Both the position numbers and the translations under genes were made by a program. A DNA stretch of 64,000 nucleotides from Planctomycetota bacterium (GTDB lineage Bacteria > Planctomycetota > B15-G4 > SIAN01): NCBI GenBank assembly GCA_031409275.1, contig JANNXA010000051.1, forward strand, positions 224,001 to 288,000, in the 5' to 3' direction. The notes under the pieces are model-generated. The model did not search any database. It was not told the origin of the DNA and saw nothing but the letters and a program-made list of their open reading frames with translations. Below are positions 40,880 through 50,617 of this stretch, piece after piece. Position 1 is the first letter of the stretch. Every line of letters starts with the position of its first letter.

Positions 40880-43457
40880 GCCGGCGCGCTCCTTCACCGC
40901 CGCGCTCGGGATCGGGGTGGGCATCGCCACCGTCGTCTCGGTGCAGGTGATCGATCACAACACGATCCTCACGCAGCAGATCCGCTCGCAGGTCGCGGTG
41001 CTCGGTCATCCCGACGTCGAGATCAAGCCGCATACGACCGGCCTGCCGGACGGCGGCGTCGCGCCGATCGAACTGGCCGCCGATCCCGACCTCGCCGCCT
41101 TCTGCGGCGTCTTCTACGGCCACGCCGAGCGCAACCTGCCGCAGCCGCCCGCAGGCACTCCGCCCGACGCCGACGCGTCCCGCTTCGGCGCCGACGTCAC
41201 CACGCTCGCCATCGGCCCGCTCGCGGCCGACCGCTTCGACGCCTACTCGATCGAATCGGGCCGCGACTTCAGCGCGACCGACGCGCGCGAGTTGCTGGTG
41301 CCGGCCGGTTTCGCCGCGTCGCTGCGCCTCGCGATCGGCGATGTCGTCACGCTGCAAAGCGCGGTGCCGGTGCGCCAGGGCTGCCGCGACGGCAAGGTCG
41401 TCACGCTGCGGCCGGCGCGCGAGCAGGCGACGCCGGGCGCGCCGCTCGACTTCACCGTGGTCGGACTGCTCGCGCCGGGCAACGTCGGCTCGCAGCCGCT
41501 GCTGGTGCTGCCGTTCGAGAGCGCCGCGACGCTCTACACCGGCACTCCCGTGCAGCCCACCTACTGGGGGCGGTTGCGCGACGGCGCGGTCTGGCAGGAC
41601 CTCGCGCAACGGCTGAAGGAGCGCTACGTCGTCGAGAAGCCGAAGGGGGCGATGATCGGCGAACGGATCGATCAGAAGGCGTTCCGCAAGTCGCTCGGCA
41701 TCACCAGCTGCCTCGCGCTGCTGCTCGGGCTGTTCGTCATCTACAACGCCTTCTCGATGGCGCTGGTCGAGCGCGTCCGCGAGATCGGCCTGCTGCGCGC
41801 GCTCGGGCTGACGCGCGGCGAGATCGCGCGCGCGGTGCTGCTCGAAGGGTTGCTGCTCGCGATCGGCGGCGCGCTGCTGGGCGCGATCCTGTCGGTGCTG
41901 CTGGTCGGTCTGATGAACGCGCTCAACATCACCACGCTCGGCGCCAACAAACCGCTGCAGATCCTCGAGATCCCGTGGCCGATGGTGCTCGGCGTGACCG
42001 CGCTCGGGATGCTCTTCGCGCTGTTCGGAATGGCGACGCCGCTGCTCCGCGCGCGCCACCTCTCCGTGCTCGAGGCGCTGCGAGCGGGACGCCTGGCGCT
42101 GCGCGCCGACCCGGGCTTCCAGCTGCGCGTCGGCCTGATGCTGGGCACGCCGCTCCTGATCCCGCTCTTCTTCGCGCTGGTCACGCCGCCGCTCGGCGAA
42201 CGGCAGGCGCAGGTCCATGGACTCATCCTCGAACTCGCGGGAGTCGTGGCGGCGTTCTTCCTGCTACTGCTCGCGGCGCCGGGGCTGGTCCACGGTCTGG
42301 TCGGCCTGGTGCTGCGCCCGCTGCGCCTCGCGCTGCCCATCGAAGCGCGGCTCGCGGCCGCCGCCGTCCGCGGAGCGCGCCAACGGGTGCTTGGCACCAT
42401 CACCGGACTCGCGGTCGTGGTCGCGGCGGTCTTCGTGGTTCGCGCGGTGAACGACGGCTTCCTCGACGAGATCGGCCGCTTCTCCGATCGCGCGCTGGCC
42501 GACCGCGTCTACGTGCGCACGCGTCCGCTTTCGCGCGAGCGGGCGCGCGAACTCCTCGCGCTGCCCGACGTCGATCGCATCGACTGCCTCTCCGCGGAGG
42601 TGCTGGTCCCCTTCCCGCTGCGCGGGCTCCCCGCCAGCGCGCTTGAAGCCGAAGCGAAGCGCCTCCACCTCGCCCCCGCCGTCGTCGCCGAGTTCACCCG
42701 CGGCGAAGCGCTCCTCCTTTCGACGTTCCTCGCCGAGCAGATGGGGTGGCGCGCCGGCGACCTGGTGAACGTGCCGACCTTCGATGGCCCGCAGTCGTTT
42801 CGCGTGGCGGCGATCAGCGACGAGCTGGGCTACTGGCCCGACGATCGCCGCTTCGCGCTGATCGAGAGCGGTCGCCTCGACGCGCTCTTCTGCGTCGATG
42901 ACGAGCAGGGCAAGCAGTTCGCGCTCACGCTCAAGCCGGGCAGCGACGGCGGCAAGGTCGAGCGCGAACTGGCGCTGCGCCTCCCCGACTCGCCCGACCG
43001 GCAGATCCGCTCGGCGGCGACACTGAAGCGCTTCTACCTCGCCGATGGGCGGCGCGACTTCTACGTCTTCGACGTGATCCTCTGGAGCACCGCCGCGCTC
43101 GCCGCGGTCGGGCTGCTCAACTCGCTCACCATCGCGCTGCTCGAACGGCAACGCGAGATCGGCCTGCTGCGGACGCTCGGACTTACTGCTCGCCAGGTGG
43201 GGCGCATGCTGCTCGCGGAAGCGCTGGCGATGGGCGTGGTCGGCGGCGTCCTCGCGGCGCTGCTCGCCGCGCCGGTGAGCAAAGTCGTGCTCGATGCGGT
43301 GCGCGTCATCAGCCGGCTCGACCTGCGCTACTGGGTGACGCCGGCGCGGCTGCTCGCGCCATGCGGCGCCGCCATCGTCATCGCGCTGTTGGCGGCGTGG
43401 TGGCCGGCGCGCCGTGGCGGCCGCATCGCGCATGGCGCGCTCAACCGCCACGAATGA
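40836..43457 (+). CDS. FtsX-like ABC permease (duplicated)
   Basis: Two ER.REIGLLR.LG motifs; GGAGG 8 nt before ATG; overlaps ATPase gene by 44 nt. Confidence 0.9.
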   Translation: MNITSMLAWRSLASRPARSFTAALGIGVGIATVVSVQVIDHNTILTQQIRSQVAVLGHPDVEIKPHTTGLPDGGVAPIELAADPDLAAFCGVFYGHAERNLPQPPAGTPPDADASRFGADVTTLAIGPLAADRFDAYSIESGRDFSATDARELLVPAGFAASLRLAIGDVVTLQSAVPVRQGCRDGKVVTLRPAREQATPGAPLDFTVVGLLAPGNVGSQPLLVLPFESAATLYTGTPVQPTYWGRLRDGAVWQDLAQRLKERYVVEKPKGAMIGERIDQKAFRKSLGITSCLALLLGLFVIYNAFSMALVERVREIGLLRALGLTRGEIARAVLLEGLLLAIGGALLGAILSVLLVGLMNALNITTLGANKPLQILEIPWPMVLGVTALGMLFALFGMATPLLRARHLSVLEALRAGRLALRADPGFQLRVGLMLGTPLLIPLFFALVTPPLGERQAQVHGLILELAGVVAAFFLLLLAAPGLVHGLVGLVLRPLRLALPIEARLAAAAVRGARQRVLGTITGLAVVVAAVFVVRAVNDGFLDEIGRFSDRALADRVYVRTRPLSRERARELLALPDVDRIDCLSAEVLVPFPLRGLPASALEAEAKRLHLAPAVVAEFTRGEALLLSTFLAEQMGWRAGDLVNVPTFDGPQSFRVAAISDELGYWPDDRRFALIESGRLDALFCVDDEQGKQFALTLKPGSDGGKVERELALRLPDSPDRQIRSAATLKRFYLADGRRDFYVFDVILWSTAALAAVGLLNSLTIALLERQREIGLLRTLGLTARQVGRMLLAEALAMGVVGGVLAALLAAPVSKVVLDAVRVISRLDLRYWVTPARLLAPCGAAIVIALLAAWWPARRGGRIAHGALNRHE

Positions 43458-43466
43458 CCGTCGAGC

Positions 43467-44393
43467 TCAGCTCGATGCGATGCGGCCCGCGCGCTGCACC
43501 GTGACGACGCCCAGCAGCACCAGTCCCATGCCGATGAAGAAGGGCCAGCCGAGCGGTGCTGCCACCGCCGCGCCAAGCCACGCCGGCCCCACCACGGCGA
43601 GCGTCGACTGGAGCAGCGCGGTGGCGGGCGGCTGCGCGTTCATGCAGACGGCGACCTGCACCGGATGGAGGTGCTTCAGCAGCTGGCTCCACAGCAGGTT
43701 CATCGTGACGCTGGTGATCACCACCATGTAGGCGAGTCCGAGCCACGCCGTTCCCGGAACGCTCGCCCACACCGTCTGCTTCAGCGCGAGGCCGCCGATG
43801 GGCATGGTCGCCAACGCGCCGAGGATCAGCGTCCACGCAGTGATGGTGCGCGGATCGTGATGGCGCGACAGCGCGCGCGTGGCCACGGTGCAGAAGACCC
43901 AAGCGGCCACTGCGGCCAGCAACAGCAGATCGCCCTGGCGCACCTTGGCCGCCGCCTCACCTTTGGTCCACGGTTCGAGCACCACCACCGCGCCCGCCAG
44001 CGCGACCAGCACCCCCAGCAACTTGGCGCGCACCGGCAGGCGCCGCTCGAGCCCACTGGTCAGCAACAGCACGCCCAGCGGCGTCAACGCATAGAGGAGC
44101 GCGCCGTGGCTCGGGACGCTGGCCTTCAGCCCGCGCAAGAAGAGGTACTGGTTGATCGGCACGTGGAGGACGCCGAGCCCGAAGAGCTTGGCCCACGTCG
44201 GCCCGTCGAAATTCGGTTTCGGGATCAAGGTGCCGGTCAGCGCCAGCAGCACGAACGTGGTGCCGAGCGCGCGGGCGAGCGTCAGTGCTTCCGGCGAGCG
44301 GAAGCCATCGGCGGCGAGCTTGCTCAGCACGTAGGTGCCGGCGGCGCAGGCGACGTGGGTCGCCATCAGGACGAACTGGGTGGAGCGTTTCAT
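43467..44393 (-). CDS. DMT/EamA family transporter
   Basis: ~10 TMs in two halves, ALTP, GDLLLL. Confidence 0.88.
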   Translation of the reverse strand: MKRSTQFVLMATHVACAAGTYVLSKLAADGFRSPEALTLARALGTTFVLLALTGTLIPKPNFDGPTWAKLFGLGVLHVPINQYLFLRGLKASVPSHGALLYALTPLGVLLLTSGLERRLPVRAKLLGVLVALAGAVVVLEPWTKGEAAAKVRQGDLLLLAAVAAWVFCTVATRALSRHHDPRTITAWTLILGALATMPIGGLALKQTVWASVPGTAWLGLAYMVVITSVTMNLLWSQLLKHLHPVQVAVCMNAQPPATALLQSTLAVVGPAWLGAAVAAPLGWPFFIGMGLVLLGVVTVQRAGRIASS

Positions 44394-44407
44394 GAAGGGG
44401 CGCGATC

Positions 44408-45202
44408 CTACGCCTGCAGTCCGTCGAGTTCGCGCTCGCTGAAGCCCGCGGCGAGGCGGCCGGCGCGATCGAGCGGCGCGGCGGCGGCGCGGCGCGGTCG
44501 CAACGGCCGCGCGAGCGCGAGGAAGTGCGTCTCGGCATCGAGCCCGCGCCGCGCGCAGGCGTGGCGATGCCAGCGGGTGCCGATCGCCACGTGGCCGATC
44601 TCGTCGCGGTAGATGCGATCGAGCAGCGTGGCCGACTCCGCATCGCCGGCCGCGCGCAGCTCGAGACGCAGCTTCGCCGAAACGTCGAGCCCCTTCGCCT
44701 CCAGGACGCGCGGCACGATCGCGAGGCGGTCGACCAGCTCCGGAAAGCGCGTCGCCGTCTCCCACAGCCCGAGGTGCAGCGGCTCCTCGCCGAGCTCGCC
44801 GCCGAGCTCGCGCAGCCGCCCCAGCAGCAGACGGGCGTGAAGCGCCTCCTCGCCCGCGATGCGCAGCATGTCGCGGTAGTAGTCGCGCTCCTCGCCAGGG
44901 AACTCGCCCACCGCCAGCAACGCGAGTTCGATCGCGCACAGCTCGATGTGGGCGACCGAATGGAGCAGCGAGCGGCGCCCGCGAGGATCGCGCAGATCGG
45001 CGCGACGGCGCGTGCTCAACGACCCGGTGACCACGACTTGCGGTGGACGCGCCGGACGCTGCGATGGGCCGCGCTCGAACGCGGGATCGAGCGCGCCGAC
45101 GCGAGCCGCGGAGCACAGCGCGTCCGCGGCCGCGATCTTGCGCTCGAGGTCCGGTTCGGCGAGGACGGCGGCGACGTCGGCGGCGAGACCGGTCGCGCTC
45201 AT
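44408..45202 (-). CDS. Ferritin-like protein (DUF455 family)
   Basis: HSVAHIEL.AI, EEALH, VP.VLEAKGLD, DEIGHVAIGTRW. Confidence 0.88.
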   Translation of the reverse strand: MSATGLAADVAAVLAEPDLERKIAAADALCSAARVGALDPAFERGPSQRPARPPQVVVTGSLSTRRRADLRDPRGRRSLLHSVAHIELCAIELALLAVGEFPGEERDYYRDMLRIAGEEALHARLLLGRLRELGGELGEEPLHLGLWETATRFPELVDRLAIVPRVLEAKGLDVSAKLRLELRAAGDAESATLLDRIYRDEIGHVAIGTRWHRHACARRGLDAETHFLALARPLRPRRAAAAPLDRAGRLAAGFSERELDGLQA

Positions 45203-46197
45203 GCGAGCGGGGTGCTTGCGTGACTCGACGAGACGTCGATGACGACCTTCAAGATTCCAGGCTGCGCCGCATGGGCAAGCGCCGCCGCGGCCTCCGCCAG
45301 CGGATAACGCGCGACGATCAGCGCGGTCGGGTCGACGAAGCCCTCGCGCATGGCGGCGAGCGCCGGGCCGAAGGCGCCGCAGCGCGAGCCGATCAGCGTG
45401 ATCTCGTCGACCACGAGGGCCGCGAGCGAGAGCGTGGACGCCGTTTCGGTGGTGGTCTTCAGGACCAGCGTGCCGCGTGGCGCGACGCGCGCGAGCGCGT
45501 GGCCGACGACGTCGGCGCGGCCGCTCGCTTCGACCACCAGCTCGTGGCGCGCGTGCGGCGAACGGGCGAACGGCGTGGTGCCGTCGACGAGCGGCTCGCC
45601 CAGATGGAGCGCGCCCGTCGGCAGCAGCGGCGCCCGCTCGGGATGGCGGCCCGCCACCAGCACGGCGACGCCATGCAACGCGAGCGCGTGCGCGCAGAGG
45701 ATCCCGAGCCGACCGTCCCCCACCACCAGCGCGCTGCGCACGCTGCCGAGGTCGACCTGATCCGCGATGGCGAAGGCGGCCGCGAGCGGCTCGGTGAAGA
45801 GCGCCGCGTCGTCGCTGATCTCGGGCGGAAGCGGGTGGAGGTTCGAGGTCGGGAGCGACAGCTGCTCGGCGAAGGCGCCCGCGCGGCCGAGGATTCCCAG
45901 GACCGTGCGAGTCGCGCAATGACGCTCGCGACCGTTGCGACAGCGATCGCAGCGCCCGCAACTCGCGTTGATCTCGCCGACCACGCGTTGGCCGGCGAGC
46001 GGCCCATCCAGCGCCACGCCGACGAACTCGTGGCCCGGCACGCCAGCGAATCCCATGTAGCCGCGCAGCAGCGCGAGGTCGGTGGCGCAGATGCCGGCGG
46101 CGCGCACCGCCACGCGCGTCTCGTTCGCGACGGAGGCGGGTCGCTCGACGTCGTCGCGCACCGTCGCCCGGCCGCCGCCGATCACCAGCGCGCGCAT
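45199..46197 (-). CDS. Zn-dependent MDR alcohol dehydrogenase family
   Basis: GICATD, GHEFVG, CGRCDRC..HC, GDGRLG, GSRCG. Confidence 0.92.
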   Translation of the reverse strand: MRALVIGGGRATVRDDVERPASVANETRVAVRAAGICATDLALLRGYMGFAGVPGHEFVGVALDGPLAGQRVVGEINASCGRCDRCRNGRERHCATRTVLGILGRAGAFAEQLSLPTSNLHPLPPEISDDAALFTEPLAAAFAIADQVDLGSVRSALVVGDGRLGILCAHALALHGVAVLVAGRHPERAPLLPTGALHLGEPLVDGTTPFARSPHARHELVVEASGRADVVGHALARVAPRGTLVLKTTTETASTLSLAALVVDEITLIGSRCGAFGPALAAMREGFVDPTALIVARYPLAEAAAALAHAAQPGILKVVIDVSSSHASTPLA

Positions 46198-46210
46198 CGC
46201 GCCGATCCGC

Positions 46211-46441
46211 TCAGCGACCGACAGCCTTGAGCAGCGCCTTCGGGTCGTAGCCGACCATCACCTTGCCGTCGACGACGATGGTCGGAGTGCTCATCGAGCC
46301 GAGTTCGAGCAGCTGCTCCTGCACGCCGTCGTCGGCGACGTTGCGCGACTCGAACGGCACGCCCACCTTCTTCAGCAGCTCCATCGCGGCGTGGCACGGA
46401 CCGCAGCCGGGCGACGTGTAGACGATCACTGAATTGGCCAT
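46211..46441 (-). CDS. Glutaredoxin/NrdH-like redoxin (CGPC)
   Basis: IVYTSPGCGPC..STPTIVVDG..VGYD; AAGGAGG RBS. Confidence 0.92.
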   Translation of the reverse strand: MANSVIVYTSPGCGPCHAAMELLKKVGVPFESRNVADDGVQEQLLELGSMSTPTIVVDGKVMVGYDPKALLKAVGR

Positions 46442-46469
46442 GGTGCCTCCTTTGACGACGGATGCGCGC

Positions 46470-46703
46470 TCAGCCCTTGACGAGCTGAAGCAGGCGCTGC
46501 GGATTGAAGCCAACCATCATCTGTCCGTCGACGAGAATCGTCGGCGTGCTGCTCGATCCGAGCGCGGCGAGCTCCTCGCCCGCCTGCTCATCGCTCGCGA
46601 CGTCCTTGGCGATGAACGGGATCTTCTGCGCCGTCAGGAACTCCATGGCGCGATGGCACGGCGGGCAACCGGGCTGGTGGTAGACGACGATCTTCTTGTT
46701 CAC
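46470..46703 (-). CDS. Glutaredoxin/NrdH-like redoxin (CPPC)
   Basis: VVYHQPGCPPC..STPTILVDG..VGFN; GAGGAG RBS, GTG start. Confidence 0.92.
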   Translation of the reverse strand: MNKKIVVYHQPGCPPCHRAMEFLTAQKIPFIAKDVASDEQAGEELAALGSSSTPTILVDGQMMVGFNPQRLLQLVKG

Positions 46704-46747
46704 AGGGGTCTCCTCGATGAGCTCCTGCGGAGGAGCCAGGAATGAAC

Positions 46748-46789
46748 GAGCGGGGCGGCAACCATTGCGATGGTCGCAGCACCCCGCTC
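46748..46789 (-). promoter_or_regulatory. Strong intergenic hairpin between Sec and Cys redoxin genes
   Basis: gagcgggg-tgctgcgaccat-cgca-atggttgccg-ccccgctc; no U tract. Confidence 0.55.
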
Positions 46790-46812
46790 TCCCTGCGAGG
46801 GGATCCCGTCGA

Positions 46813-47046
46813 TCAGCTCTTGGCGAGCTGGAGCAGCCGCTGCGGGTTGAAACCCACCAGCATCTGCCCGTCGATCACGATGGTCGGCGTGCTCATCGAC
46901 CCGAGGGCCATCAGCTCTTCCGCCGCCTTCTCGTCGACCGTCACGTCCTTCTCGACGAACGGGATGTTCTGCTGCGATAGAAACTCCATCGCGCGGTGGC
47001 ACGGGGGTCAGCCAGGCTGGTGGTAGACGACGATGTTCTTCGCCAT
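46813..47046 (-). CDS. Selenocysteine-containing glutaredoxin-like protein (UPPC), 77 aa
   Basis: MAKNIVVYHQPG-TGA(47010-47008)-PPCHRAMEFL..LLQLAKS; TGA aligns to the first Cys of neighbour; 58/77 identical, no gaps; absent from ORF track. Confidence 0.9.
46974..46992 (-). promoter_or_regulatory. Bacterial SECIS-like stem-loop
   Basis: GCGAUGGA-GUU-UCUAUCGC beginning 15 nt after UGA; loop starts with GU 23 nt from UGA. Confidence 0.8.
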
Positions 47047-47252
47047 GACGGCGGGGGCCTCGATGTTGGATTGCGAACGGGCCCCTCGCTCGCACGATGC
47101 GGGCGGCGGCCACTGGAGGGCGAGCACGATAGCGCCGACGCCATGCCGTCGGATCGCAAGGGCTGCTCTCCCGGGGATCCATGCCGCAGGTCGGTCGGCG
47201 GTTTCGAAGCGCCACTTGCCCGGGGCGCTGGGCCGACGTCAGATGCGCCGCG

Positions 47253-48083
47253 ATGGCGAAGCGGCGCAGATGGCGGTTCCTCTTCGGAAGCTTGCTGGCG
47301 GGGACCCTGCTCTTCGCGTGGGCGCGCCACTTCGAGCCGTCGTGGCTCGAGGTCACCCACCACCAGATCGCGCTCGCGATCGACCGCCCGCTCAAGCTCG
47401 CGCACCTCACCGACGTCCACACCAACGGCTTCTGGCGCAAGGAACGCAAGGTCGACGCGCGCCTCGCGCAGGAGCTCCCCGACGTCATCGTCCTCACCGG
47501 CGACACGCTGCATCAGGGCGGCGTGTTCGAGGAGTGCCGGCCGTTCCTGTCGCGCCTGCACGCGCCGCTCGGCGTCTACATGGTGAGCGGCAACTGGGAG
47601 ACGGCCTGCAAGGACCGGCTCCCGCGCGGAATGGACCTGCGCGCCTTCCTCGCGAGCTGCGGCGTCACCCTGCTGCGCAACGAGAGCATCGAGCTCGTGC
47701 CCGGCCTCTGGCTGATCGGGCTCGACGACTACGTCTGGGGCGTGCCCGACCTCGTGCGCGCCACGGCAACGATCCCGATCGACGCCGCGCGCATCGCTCT
47801 GATCCACGAACCCGGCTTCTTCGATGAGCCGATCGCGTCGGCCTCCGCGCGCTACGACCTGCTGCTCGCCGGTCACACGCACGGCGGACAGGTGCGCCTG
47901 CCGTTCGTGCCGCCGCTCTACCTGCCGGCCGGCTGCAGCCATTACCTCGAAGGCTTCTACGAACAGCCCGGCGCGCGCCTCTACGTGAGCCGAGGCATCG
48001 GCATGTCGGGCGCGAAGTTCCGTTTCCTCTGCCGACCCGAACTGGCGATCTTCGAGCTCGTCCCGCGCGACGCGCCGCGCTGA
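47253..48083 (+). CDS. Metallophosphoesterase (YkuE-like), membrane-anchored
   Basis: DVH, TGD, GNWE, HEP, GHTHGGQ, YVSRGIG. Confidence 0.9.
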   Translation: MAKRRRWRFLFGSLLAGTLLFAWARHFEPSWLEVTHHQIALAIDRPLKLAHLTDVHTNGFWRKERKVDARLAQELPDVIVLTGDTLHQGGVFEECRPFLSRLHAPLGVYMVSGNWETACKDRLPRGMDLRAFLASCGVTLLRNESIELVPGLWLIGLDDYVWGVPDLVRATATIPIDAARIALIHEPGFFDEPIASASARYDLLLAGHTHGGQVRLPFVPPLYLPAGCSHYLEGFYEQPGARLYVSRGIGMSGAKFRFLCRPELAIFELVPRDAPR

Positions 48084-48124
48084 GCGCGCCGAAAGCGGGC
48101 CGCGCATGGTCGACCCGTGGCCGT

Positions 48125-50617
48125 TCAGTGGTGCGGCGCGCCGCCGCCCTGCCCCACCACCGGCAGCAGCTTCACCGCCCCCTTCGCGTCGCCACCGAAC
48201 GACAGCGTGTCCATCGGGCAGACCGTGACGCAGATGCCGCAGCCGATGCAGCTCGACGTCGCGTTGTCGAGCACGTCCTGCTTCAGCGCGTACTGCATCA
48301 CGGGGATGCCGACCTGGCAATTGCGACTGCACTCGCCGCACGCGATGCACTTGTCGTTGGAAACGATCTTGAACCGGCTCCAACCCATGCGGGCGTAGAA
48401 GGCCGAGAGGTACTGCATCAACTTGGCGAGCGGGCACCAGAAGCGGCACCACACCTTGCCGCCGAGGAACGGATAGAGCGTCACCGGCAGGATGCCCACC
48501 AACCAGACATCGGCGACGACGCGATAGAGCCGCATCCCGAACTCAGCCTTGTTGTTCCAGAAGCCGTAGTCGGTGCCGCCGAAGTTCACCGCGCCGAGCA
48601 GATGGAAGCCGTCCCGCATCAGCATCAGCAGCGTCACCACGAACGCGGCGATCAGGATGAAGAGCCCCATCATCTCGTAGCGGATCGAGCCCTTGCCTTT
48701 GGGCGCGAGATGACGCCAACGGTCGCCGAAGGTCTCGGCGAGGCCGCCGCACCCGCAGATCCAGGAGCAGTAGCGCTTGCCCTGGAACACCACCAGCAGC
48801 GGGATCACGACGCAGGTCAGCAGCACGCCCCACACGACCCACACCTGATGGGGCTGATAGAAGAACGAATAGAAGAAGAGCGGCCACGCATAGACGACGC
48901 CGTAGCTGCGCCACGCTTGATCGGCGAAGGTCGGATCGTTGGCAAGCTGCGTCCCGACCCACTGGTACTTCACCGCCCACTGGAAGAGGAACTCGGGCAC
49001 CAGGAAGAACATCACCCACTGGAACGAGAGCAATGACGTGTAGCGCCAGACCTGGAAGCGATCCTTGCGCTCGAGGCCCCAGCGCTTCAGCGCGCGCAGC
49101 CCGAAGACGGTCATCAGCGACGTGTAGAGGACCGTGTACCAGAACGACCAGCCGCGATCGGCGAAGCTGAGCGCCTGGTAGCCCCATCCGGTGTAGGGCC
49201 AGAACTCATCCTTGCCGCTGGTATCGGCCTTCACGCCGTAGATCGAGTACCAGACCAGGAACGACAGCGAGAGCCACGACCAGCGGTCTCCCCTCGCGCC
49301 GGTTCGCACCAGCGTGCCCACCGCCGCCGCGGTCAGCGCGAGCCCTCCCCACCACGGAACGAAGTCGAGCGCGATGCCGCTGCCGTCGCCGAAATGGAAG
49401 GTCTGGGCGATCCACGACGCGCCAAACCAGGTGAAGCGCGCTTGTCCACCGAAGTGCTGGCCGAGCCAGAGGATCCCGAACAGCGCCGCCACGGCGAGCA
49501 GCAGCGCCCGCAGCGGCCGCCCGCTCCACTCGTTCTCGAGCCTAATGCCGAGCGACTTCAGGAACGCCACCGGCAACTCGGCGCCAATCAGGACGAACGC
49601 GTGGCGGGTCGGGACGACGCGCTCCTCGCGATGGCCGCCGCGATCGACGACCAGCGTCGCTTCGCCGGCCCGGAACTCCTTCACCTCGCTGTTCAGCGCC
49701 ACCTCGATGCGCTTCTGAGCGATGGCGGCGTCGAGCTGACGTTGGTTCTCCTTGAAGACGCGCGCGAACTCGCTGCCGCGGTAGGAGAGGACCACCTTGT
49801 TCTTCTCGGCGAGCGTCAGCGCCGCCTCGATCGCGCTGTTGCCGCCGCCCACGACCAGCAGCGATTCACCGACGTATTTCCGCGGCGAGTAGAGGCGGTG
49901 ATAGACGTGGCCAAGCTCCTCGCCCGGCACGTTCAGCTTGCGCGGATTGCCGCGCTGCCCGGTCGCCAGCACGATCTTCTTCGCGCGGTAGCTCCCCTTC
50001 GGCGTCGTCGCGACGAAGTGGCCGTCCTTCTTCTGGAGCTTGGTGAGCGGCTCCTCGGTGCGCACTTCGAGCGCGTTGTCGCGCACGATCTGGTGCCACC
50101 GTTGCACCAGTTCCTCCTTCTGCGCGCCATCGAGCCACAGCTTGCCCTTCGGCGGCACGCTGTCGGGCTCGGCGTAGACCCACTTCCCCTCCGGGAACTG
50201 GTCGATCGTGTTGGCGATGCGCTCCTTCTCGAGCACGACGCACTTCCAGCCGCGCTCCTTCGCCGCCAGCGCGGCGTTCAGCCCCGATGCGCCCGCGCCG
50301 ATCACCAGCACGTCGAGCAGCGTCGCGTCGGTCGCCGCGGCCGGCTTCGCCATCTCGGGTCGTGTCGCGATCCAGTCGATCACTTCGACGCCCTGCGCCA
50401 TCGCGAGCTTGATCACCGGCGCGCCGGCGAGGTCACCGATCACGTGGAGGCCCGGCACGCTCGATTCGTTGCCGGAATGCAGCTCGGGGCGGCGCGAATC
50501 ACCGTTGCCGCTTTCGAGGATCAGCTGCAGCGAATCGCGCAGCTGCTTGGGCGCGAAGCGCTGCCACAGCGGCGCTCGAGCGGGCGGCGTGGCGGCCGGG
50601 GTCGTGGTCGCGCTCAC
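48125..50617 (-). CDS. TrxR-like FAD/NAD(P) oxidoreductase fused to NapH/CcoG-like membrane 4Fe-4S domain
   Basis: IGAGASG, ATG, VGGGNSA; multiple TMs; CSWIC, CRFWCP, CIACGEC..C, CIGCGIC..CP; GTGA coupling. Confidence 0.88.
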   Translation of the reverse strand: MSATTTPAATPPARAPLWQRFAPKQLRDSLQLILESGNGDSRRPELHSGNESSVPGLHVIGDLAGAPVIKLAMAQGVEVIDWIATRPEMAKPAAATDATLLDVLVIGAGASGLNAALAAKERGWKCVVLEKERIANTIDQFPEGKWVYAEPDSVPPKGKLWLDGAQKEELVQRWHQIVRDNALEVRTEEPLTKLQKKDGHFVATTPKGSYRAKKIVLATGQRGNPRKLNVPGEELGHVYHRLYSPRKYVGESLLVVGGGNSAIEAALTLAEKNKVVLSYRGSEFARVFKENQRQLDAAIAQKRIEVALNSEVKEFRAGEATLVVDRGGHREERVVPTRHAFVLIGAELPVAFLKSLGIRLENEWSGRPLRALLLAVAALFGILWLGQHFGGQARFTWFGASWIAQTFHFGDGSGIALDFVPWWGGLALTAAAVGTLVRTGARGDRWSWLSLSFLVWYSIYGVKADTSGKDEFWPYTGWGYQALSFADRGWSFWYTVLYTSLMTVFGLRALKRWGLERKDRFQVWRYTSLLSFQWVMFFLVPEFLFQWAVKYQWVGTQLANDPTFADQAWRSYGVVYAWPLFFYSFFYQPHQVWVVWGVLLTCVVIPLLVVFQGKRYCSWICGCGGLAETFGDRWRHLAPKGKGSIRYEMMGLFILIAAFVVTLLMLMRDGFHLLGAVNFGGTDYGFWNNKAEFGMRLYRVVADVWLVGILPVTLYPFLGGKVWCRFWCPLAKLMQYLSAFYARMGWSRFKIVSNDKCIACGECSRNCQVGIPVMQYALKQDVLDNATSSCIGCGICVTVCPMDTLSFGGDAKGAVKLLPVVGQGGGAPHH

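Noticed and set aside
46813..47046. Glutaredoxin pseudogene with a nonsense mutation
   Set aside because: The stop is TGA exactly at the catalytic Cys, followed by a SECIS-like hairpin, and the rest of the frame is intact; Sec is more parsimonious
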